This document shows, one piece after another, positions 55,237-64,000 of a stretch of DNA of 64,000 nt. Position 1 is the first letter of the stretch. Every line of letters starts with the position of its first letter. Both the position numbers and the translations under genes were made by a program. The stretch covers positions 115,134,001-115,198,000 of the forward strand of contig OZ024742.1 of the NCBI GenBank assembly GCA_964016885.1, read 5' to 3'. The DNA comes from Eledone cirrhosa (Eukaryota). The notes beneath the pieces are model-generated. The model did not search any database, was not told the DNA's origin, and saw only the letters and a list, made by a program, of their open reading frames with translations.

Positions 55237-55424
55237 GGGCTGTGGATTGGCAGTATCGGTAGAGTGTTGGACGCCATGTTTTGCAGCAATGAGTTACAGC
55301 CCTCTATGATCTGAGTTCATATCCCGCCGAGGTTAACTTTGCCTTTCACCCTACGGGATCGATAAAATAAAGTACCAGTAATACACTAGAATAATTTCTG
55401 GCCTTGTGACAAAAGTAGAAACAC
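55237..55424 (+). mobile_element. Full-length tRNA-derived SINE
   Basis: A box tggcagtatcgg, B box gagttcatatcc, conserved core, Tx1-like tail, (TTA)n. Confidence 0.88.
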
Positions 55425-55440
55425 TTATTATTATTATTAT

Positions 55441-56810
55441 TGTTCTTTGTGTCTCAGTCATTGATGTTGGTTAACTGGAAAGTTTGTTGGAATGATTATC
55501 AAGTCAGTACCTGCAGCCTCAGATATTCAGGACTTATCGGAGGCTTCTTGCTGTTCCCAGCAAGCATGCCTTTTGAAGTGTTCTAAAAAGCGGGGCGTGG
55601 CCAATTTTCTTTAACCATCCCTGGAAACTCTATGAGATAGTACCTAGTGTGCCTATGACAATCGGGACCACTTTGACTTCATGGAAGTTCCAAATCCTTT
55701 TTACCTCCCACGGTTAATTGTCACTCTCTCCTTCTCTTGCACTCGATTGTCGAATGGGCAGGCACGATCATTTTTCCTTATCCAAAACGACCAGGTCAGT
55801 TCTATTGTGTTCCAGTTTCTTGTCCGTCTGTATCCTAAAATCCCACAGCACCTTCACCTGATCGTTTTCTATCACAGACTCTGGCTTATGCTCATACCAC
55901 TTCTCAGAATGTGGTAAATTGTTTACTTTGCATAGGTGCCAGTGGGTCACCCTGCCCATCACACCATGTTTCCAGCCTGTATAGTGAGTCTGTGCTAGGT
56001 GTTTAGACTCGGATACAATGTGAGCCACAGTCTTCTCTCTCTCTCTACAGATCCTGCACAGTGGGCTAGCCTCCTCCTTGTAAATATGGTGTTTCAGGCA
56101 CTTCGTTTTGAGGGCCTGCTCTTGCGTAGCCATTAGCATTCCTTCTGTAGCCGTTTTAAGGTCTCCTCTTTTCAACCAGTTCCATGTCTGTGGATCTCTG
56201 ATTTCAGTTTTCTCAAAGAAGGTACTATGAAGGGATTTTTCATGAAGGTTGCTCTTTCTCCTTGCTGTTATTTCCTCCTTGGACATCCCCTGGTCTATTG
56301 TCCTCTCCTTCAGTACAATTCTGAGCATTGGCTCCCTACTATCAGTCACGTATTTGTGTAGGTTGTTTTTCTCCATCTGAACACAGTCCTCTATGCTGAT
56401 AAGACCTCTTCCACCTTCAGATCTCCTTAAGTAGAGTCTATCGATATCAATCCTCTTGTGGAACATGTTGTAGATAGGCAATAGCTTCCTAGTCTTCCTA
56501 TCCGTGTCTTTTAGTTCAGCAACATTCCATCTCATAATTCCCGCACTGTACCTAATAATAGACACAGCTCGGGAATTTACTGCAGTTATGGCATTCCTAC
56601 TGTTCAGATGTGACTTTAATACGCTCCTTACTCTCCGAAGGTATTCAGATCTTATCAATTCCTTCATGTTTTCGTTATTGATGTCATCAGCCTCCATAAC
56701 ACCCAAATACGTGTATCCTTTTTCAGTGTCAATTTCCTTTATCATATCACCTGTTGGTACCTGGATTCCGTTGCTTCTGCTCAATTTACCCCTCTTCATC
56801 ACAAGGACTC
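55441..56810 (-). mobile_element. 5'-truncated R4/Dong family B copy
   Basis: ORF 55768-56802 is highly similar to the corresponding part of 44739-46262. Confidence 0.93.
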
Positions 56811-56844
56811 TATTATTATTATCATTATTATTATTATTATTAAA

Positions 56845-57031
56845 GGGCGGTGAATTGGCAATATCCGTGGAGGGTCGGACGCCATGCTTTGACGCATAGA
56901 GTTACGGCCCTTGCCATTCTGAATTCAAATCCCGTCGAGGTTAACTTTGCCTTTCATCATTACGGGGTCGATGAAATAAAGTACCAGTAATACACTGGAC
57001 AATGGCTGGCCTTGTGCCAAATGTAGAAACA
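56845..57031 (+). mobile_element. Full-length tRNA-derived SINE
   Basis: A-box-like tggcaatatccg, B box gaattcaaatcc, core and tail as above; (TTA)n on both sides. Confidence 0.88.
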
Positions 57032-57075
57032 ATTATTATTATTATTACTATTCTTGCCGTTGTTGTTGTTTTTAT

Positions 57076-57150
57076 AATGTACTGGGGTCAATTTAGTCGA
57101 CATTTCCCCTCTCCTAAAATTGCTGGACTTGTGTATATTAGTAGAAAGCC
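57076..57150 (+). mobile_element. Older SINE 3' fragment
   Basis: tactggggtc..aattgctggacttgtg..agtagaaag then TTA; related to the SINE tail. Confidence 0.55.
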
Positions 57151-57635
57151 TTATTATTAATATTATCATTATCATCCTCCTCATCAACATCGGTGCTGTT
57201 CATGTTTGCTACAAACATTGTATATAATGATATTGTTGTTTGTCATTCATTAAAACGTAAATAACAAGAAATATACACACAGCACTATAAAATTAACCAT
57301 TATGTTTGTATTTATTCAGGAGTTTGCAGAATATTTATTTTCTTTCAATTGTATCTTACTGAAACTGAAAATCTGTGACATGAAAGTATAAATATAATCA
57401 AGCTAGGTATTCCGGCTGGGAAAATGTCACGTTTTATTATTTTTATTTTTGTAGACAGCATATAACTACTGCTACATTATCGAACGTATTTTTCACATAA
57501 TAATGTAGATTTTGATTTAATGAATACGTAGCTGTTGTATTTAGCAGCGCAAATCCCTGCTTCAATACAGTAGAGATATACGCAAATGTGTTCCAGATCA
57601 GAAGCCCACACGTCTTTTGTCTTTCACTTTTACAG

Positions 57636-57884
57636 ATGGTGAGGAAGATTTTCTTTCTATACCATGCAAACTGGGGAATTGGATATTTATACTATTATCA
57701 ATGCATCTAACGAAAGTTGTCTGAATTTGGATTTTATGGATGTTATCATTCCATGCAATTTATCATGCGCACATTAAATATCAGTGATAATATAAGACCA
57801 AGAAAATATATCGAGGCAGTTACTATGAGATTTACATTAACATATATTGGGCCATTTTAAACCAAGTGTATTAATTTGAAGAAG
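57636..57884 (+). pseudogene. Candidate decayed host exon
   Basis: Strong acceptor ttttgtctttcacttttacag and donor AAG|GTGAGT; 249 nt; all three frames contain stops. Confidence 0.35.
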
Positions 57885-60066
57885 GTGAGTTGTACAATTA
57901 TGAACACAGGATCTTAAATTGTGATGTTTATAGCGTGATATTAGATAGCCTTTTCAATAGGAACCACTCAAATTTCCGTATTCTTTACAATCGAATTTAG
58001 CTTTAAAATATACACTATTTTAGATAACTTTTCGAAAAAAATCATTTAATAAATTATTTCTTAGTAATACTGGTATATGAGCGTTGGAAAGAAGATTGAA
58101 TATATACCAATATTTAAATAAAAATTACTTTTTATCGATTCCAAATACGAGGATACTTAATATCATCGAAGCAGGGTTATGGGTGGAGAAGGTAATAGCC
58201 ATGTAAATAACTCCACGATGGATTTAGTCAATATTCTACCCATTCTTCCAATACAGCACTATTACAACTTAATAAATATAGACATACAACGTAACATATT
58301 GAAAGAATGAGGCGCTATTTATTTAATCGCACTGTCAAATTGGTTGAGCCTAGCAGGATATGAACTCAAAACATAAATGATAATTAGGAGATAAGATACA
58401 AAAAGAATTTTGCCTGACTAGAGAATTCGCTCTACACGTGCGTCACAAAAAAATTGATTTTATGGAAAATTTCTCCTAGTACATTGTTTCCATTGCTGAA
58501 GGGTAACTCAAATATGTTTAATTTAATAAATAAATGGAATTAGTATACATGGGTACATGGTTAGTGTTCTAAACACTTCACTAATGTGTATTAATGTATT
58601 GGATAAAATAATCACAGATAGCCGATTGGTAGTTTTTTATTCAGACAGGAATTATGCCATTAGAATGAGGCATTTTGGGATTCAGAATAGTGCAATAATG
58701 ATTTTTAAATATCTATTGAATGCATCATACGAACGTAGCAAAAAGATTGGTAAGAATATTTGGTAAGATCAAAAATAGATATACAAAATTGGAGAATGAG
58801 ATAGAGAGGGGGGTTAGAGAAAGGAAGAGAGCTGAGTGAATGAGAGGTGAGAGGGAAATACATAGTGTGGGGAGAGAGAGAGAAAGAGACATTAGTGGGT
58901 AAAAACTTGGGAGTAGATTGAAGCGAGAGAGAGACAAAACAGAAAGATAGATATATATATTTATAGATAGAGAGGGGAGAAAAAGAGAGAGAGCGAAAAT
59001 GAGGCAGATAGAGAAAGAGAGAGAGAGGGAATGTACAGAAGTAAAATGTAGAAATGTATTCACGAAATATTTTGACATAAAACAGGCATAATTAGACATG
59101 AATGTACTCGCAATCCTAAAAGTAGAGAGACAACAAGCTTGTAGGGTTGCACCAATCTTATACATTTTTAATGCAGTTTGTTATTTTCCTTCTTAAGATT
59201 AATTTCGATCCGCATTCAAGTAATATTGAAATTAGTGAACGACCCTTTTATAGGAATTAGTGATCACATTGAATTGGTAAAATAGAGCTCTTATAGGACT
59301 GATTCGTTTTGGAAACCATTATTAGTTTCAAGGGAATCCGAATAAGTACTGTTAAATAGTCAAATTGATAACAATAATTCTCAGTACCCGCATATTAGAG
59401 ATATTGTAGACATTAAGAAAGCAGTTAATTGCGAAATAATGTGACGAACATTCACTAAATGATCTTTATGGTGGAATGCGTTACTAAGTGTAATAGCCAA
59501 TTGAGGCATTACGAGATATGGAAGTCTAATTTGTGTTAGATAAATAAGGTGAGAAATAACTGTACCTAGTTCCTCTTGTTTTGAGTATCCATGGAATAAA
59601 GTTAAATTCTATGTTGTTTATTGGTTAGACATGTAAAAGATATGGTTATAGGTAGAGCTGAATAGTTAGAATGATATCTTCACAAACATTAATGTCGCGG
59701 CTAAGAGGTATCTCCGAAGCATCTTCGGTAACTTTCATTATCTATAGCTTCGGCTCAAGTCAACTTTGTGGAAGTAGTTTTAAAATCCATCGTATATATT
59801 TGACAAAAGTCCTGACTTACAGCATATTGATTGTGTCACGATCGGTGTTACACTCATTGTTCTTTAGAGTTATTATAAATCAACCCTTAATGTGCAATTC
59901 CCAGTCACGTAAATGTTGCATTAACCACGAAACGATAGTATCATCCGGAAAGAAAAAAACATATCACTTTACTTAGCTTAAGTATTTATAACTCTCTAAT
60001 TAAATGGAAACAGAAACACACATACAACCACACACACGCACACACATATATATTTAATATAGAAAT

Positions 60067-60117
60067 GGCTTCTACAGGACTGGAACTGTTTCATTCGGAA
60101 GAAATCATCTAGAAGCC
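60067..60117 (-). ncRNA. Degenerate HHR motif; inverted partner at 62452-62505
   Basis: Minus strand: ggcttc TAGATGA tttcttccgaat GAAA cagttccagtcctg TA gaagcc. Confidence 0.55.
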
Positions 60118-60341
60118 CTATGTATAGAGAGAGATTCCCACCGTTCTAACACTGGTGGCTTAGTTCGGATCTAGCTGTCCAATAGTTCGGAGCTCAATTG
60201 TCGGCGTCCTGGCTCTTTTCCTATATATATATATATATATATATATATAACGAAGGAAATGTGGTAAGGAACCAGGTGGACCATAACGCACCAAAGTACT
60301 CAATACTTGAGGTAGTAGAGTGGGTAATAGGAACCAGTAAG

Positions 60342-60435
60342 ACCCCGACAGCTGAGCTCAAGCCGTTTCGACGGCTAATTCTGGACTAAATGAAAATTTA
60401 TCCTGGTATTTAAATAGCCGATCTTCTCAAGGGGT
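60342..60435 (-). ncRNA. Type I HHR motif, U3:A8 variant
   Basis: Minus strand: acccc TTGAGAA gatcggcta...tagccgtc GAAA cggct tgagctc agctg TC ggggt. Confidence 0.75.
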
Positions 60436-62194
60436 AATTCCATATATGGTCAAAGTGATTGTCAAAAATCAGTAGTAATTCTGTGGTTGCAAATTAGTAG
60501 GGGAGATGGTGGCTAAACCTGCCAGTAGGAGAAAGAGGGGAGGGGGTGGAGTAGCCCCAATCAAGCGTTTGTAGTGCCAGCTACAGCTGGGCATGAGGTC
60601 AAAGAAGATACAGGGGAGGGGGAGGGGGAGGAAGTCGGAACGGTAGGTAGAACAATAGCGGGTAGAAATATATAGGAAAGAAAAAAAAAAAAAAAATACT
60701 GAGAGTGAAGAAAAGCAAATAAGTGTAAAGAAAAACAAATGAGTTTAAAGAAAAAAGTAAAGTAAATTAAATTCTACGACCTAGGTCTCTAGCTATTGTT
60801 AGTCTAGAATAAATAAATAAAGAAAGAAAGAAATAAAGAAATAACGAAATAAGTAAAAGAACTAGGTGGGACGAAATAGGTGAGGACCCTTTTAAGAGGT
60901 ATAAGTACGTAAATGATACGGTGACAGGTCAACAAAAGGGGCCAAAATACTAAAGAGACTACCACGAAATAAACAATAAAGGTTTCCATCCCGGGCGTAA
61001 TTCCAGCAACCACCCAGTGCAGCAAAGTGAACTAATACGAGATAATAATTCTGAGTCCCGAGAAAAATAGGGCAGCCTCGGGTGGGCGAGAAAAGACGCC
61101 GACAAAGAGAAGAGCTGGGGTAGAAGGACTAAGGAGAGAGGGGGGAAGGAAGGAAATAAAGGAAGCGATAAAAGAATTAGTCTCTCCTTAGTCCTTCTAC
61201 CCCAGCTCTTCTCCTTTGTCGGCGTCTTTTCTCGCCCACCCGAGGCTGCCCTTTGGCCCCTTGTAGCCTTAGTACCCCCACCCCCTCCCCTAGTCTAGGA
61301 TAGATTTGGCGGACTCCGCCCTTTATAGCAGTTGGTTTAGACCCCAGATACTTGTCCCCTTTTTCCGACCGCTCCCACTATTCTCTGTGCCCTCTATATT
61401 TCTTAGTGGCACTTATGCCTTATTTTTTCGTTTCAGTATTTCTTTCTTCGCTTTTCTTTTGGGCGGGGTGGATTCTGAATTTATTCTTCCGTATTCTACC
61501 TTTACTTCGTACGAACTTTCATGTAGCTTGTTCTAGATCTTTTAGAGTTAGCATTAGTATATATTTTTCTCGGGACTCAGAATTATTATCTCGTATTAGT
61601 TCACTTTGCTGCACTGGGTGGTTGCTGGAATTGCGCCCGGGATGGAAACCTTTATTGTTTATTTCGTGGTAGTCTCTTTAGTATTTTGGTCCCTTTTGTT
61701 GACCTGTCACCGTATCATTTACGTACTTATACCTCTTAAAAGGGTCCTCACCTAATCCGTCCCACCTAGTTCTTTTACTTATTTCGTTATTTCTTTATTT
61801 CTTTCTTTCTTTATTTATTTATTCTAGACTAACAATAGCTAGAGACCTAGGTCGTAGAATTTAATTTACTTTACTTTTTTCTTTAAACTCATTTGTTTTT
61901 CTTTACACTTATTTGCTTTTCTTCACTCTCAGTATTTTTTTTTTTTTTTCTTTCCTATATATTTCTACCCCCTATTGTTCTACCTACCGTTCCGACTTCC
62001 TCCCCCTCCCCCTCCCCTGTATCTTCTTTGACCTCATGCCCAGCTGTAGCTGGCACTACAAACGCTTGATTGGGGCTACTACACCCCCTCCCCTCTTTCT
62101 CCTACTGGCAGGTTTAGCCACCATCTCCCCTACTAATTTGCAACCACAGAATTACTACTGATTTTTGACAATCACTTTCACCATATATGGAGTT

Positions 62195-62289
62195 ACCCCT
62201 TGAGAAGATCGGCTATTTAAATACCAGGATAAATTTTCATTTAGTCCAGAACTAGCCGTGGGAAACGGCTTGAGCTCAGCTGTCGGGGT
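62195..62289 (+). ncRNA. Type I HHR motif, U3:A8 variant (second arm)
   Basis: Same motif; base of helix II altered (tagccgtgg GAAA). Confidence 0.65.
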
Positions 62290-62378
62290 CTTACTGGTTC
62301 CTATATATATATATATATGTATATATTTGTTCTATACATAGAACAGTCTTTTTCCCCTAGCTTTTTCTTAGGAATTAC

Positions 62379-62457
<79 letters not shown>

Positions 62458-62595
62458 ATTTCTAAAGAATGAAACAGTTCTAGTCCTGTAGAATCTCATC
62501 TATATTAAAACTTATATATATATATATATATAGTTGAACAAAGAGGCAGTACAAATGGTATGGAGTTTTAGTTTCACGCTTGAGAGTGGGAGGTA

Positions 62596-62659
<64 letters not shown>

Positions 62660-62828
62660 TTTTGACTGTTGTTTCTTGTAAACCTTCATTCGTCTCATTT
62701 TGACGTCACCGGCTCTGTCTTTCCACATATGCGTTTTATTTTCATAATCACGCATGATGGTGAACTAGCCTGCTTTTAATTCCCTTTTTGGCATATTAAT
62801 CAGTGAGAAATGTTGGTTATCGAGTTGA

Positions 62829-62908
62829 GCTCTGCTGAGGATCGTATTGCAACCGTGACCATCTCCACTGAGAGTTTTCGTGAAATAGTCTTAAAGACTA
62901 TACGGAGC
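62829..62908 (+). ncRNA. Type I HHR motif
   Basis: gctctg CTGAGGA ... GAAA tagtctt a aagacta TA cggagc; helices I and III pair well, helix II is weak. Confidence 0.65.
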
Positions 62909-63144
62909 ATTTGTAGTTTTCCAAATTAAAGGATGAGTATTTTAAACTTTATTATATTAAGAGTTAAGGCACTATTGATTTTTCCCTGGATTTCAATAAA
63001 TTCTGTTGGATTAATCTTTTTGAATTGAGTTTGAATTATTTTTCCCACATCTTACGTTAACTATTTTTTCCCATTTTGACGCTATAGTCACTTATATATT
63101 ATGGAATACTGTTGGATTTTGCTGCAATATTTTCTATATCTTTC

Positions 63145-63183
<39 letters not shown>

Positions 63184-63360
63184 TGTAATAAACAACATAA
63201 TGCAATTATTCCATTTACCAGTGGTTTCTTAAAAGCAAAAAATGATGCTTTCAATCATCAGAATGAAAAAAACCTGGTCTATTTATTGATATTGGATTTT
63301 AAAAAGAAAAATGCAATCTATATGAAAGTGAGGCTGGAGAAGGAAGAAGGAAAGGAAAAA

Positions 63361-63409
63361 TACACATGCAAACACATACACACACACACAAATGCATACA
63401 TACACACAT

Positions 63410-63448
<39 letters not shown>

Positions 63449-63621
63449 CATACACTCATACATACACACACACATATACACATACATATGTGTATATATA
63501 TACACACATACACATACATATACACATACATACATACACACATAAATATCAACACAGCCATACATACACATACATATATACAACAACTCACACATATATA
63601 CACACATATATATAGAAATAG

Positions 63622-63660
<39 letters not shown>

Positions 63661-63840
63661 TATGCTTACACATACACATACATAGCCATACACACATACA
63701 TATACATACATATATACATACATACATACACACAAACATACACATATACACACGTACATAAATACACATACATAAATGCATACATATGCATGTACAAAAT
63801 TAGAAAAATATACACACACCTCTACATATTCACACACGCA
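63361..63840. repeat. Compound (CA)n/(TA)n/(CATA)n microsatellite
   Basis: Direct read. Confidence 0.95.
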
Positions 63841-64000
63841 AATAAATATAAGAAAAAATATATATAAAATAAAATAATAAAATCTATTATACAGTTGACA
63901 GCGATACAGGCAACGAATAAACGAACAAACACTCGTGGTAAGCAACACACAAATGCACGTACACATACATACGTATAAACAAATACATACACACACTCTC

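Larger units (their letters stand above)
60249..62304. mobile_element. ~2 kb non-coding palindromic HHR element (retrozyme/PLE-satellite-like) in (TA)n
   Basis: 60327-61066 is the near-perfect reverse complement of 61565-62304, and 61068-61139 of 61181-61252; no credible ORF. Confidence 0.88.

Noticed and set aside
60469-60738. Duplicated 82-89 aa ORF (also 61913-62161)
   Set aside because: A by-product of the inverted arms; low-complexity, no credible start or domain.
61253-61563. Segment missing from one arm as a possible spliced intron
   Set aside because: Boundaries lack GT-AG on either strand; simple deletion is more likely.
62660-62716. HHR-like CCGGTGA..GAAACAACAGTC on the minus strand
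   Set aside because: Core mismatches and no helix I pairing.

Overview
AT-rich, microsatellite-dense animal genomic DNA; the SINE type and (TA)n/(CA)n/(TTA)n load suggest an octopod cephalopod (inference). No intact host gene is evident. The window has two mobile-element niches. (1) A ~37 kb array (about 19950-57150) of stacked non-LTR retrotransposons separated by (TTA)n spacers. R4/Dong-like RT-RLE elements all lie on the minus strand; Tx1-like (L1-clade APE-RT) elements and a tRNA-derived SINE lie almost all on the plus strand. The SINE shares its 3' tail with Tx1. The array appears to fill one intron of a decayed host gene. (2) The flanks carry Penelope-like elements and many non-coding elements with type I hammerhead ribozyme (HHR) motifs, some with variant cores (U3:A8, U4C). 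These are often arranged as tail-out palindromes in (TA)n. Further RNA-level signals are a conserved splice donor at the Tx1 ORF1 end with a candidate 3'UTR acceptor, and a shared 5'UTR plus a covarying pseudoknot in two divergent R4/Dong families. All folds and alignments were done by eye and boundaries are approximate.
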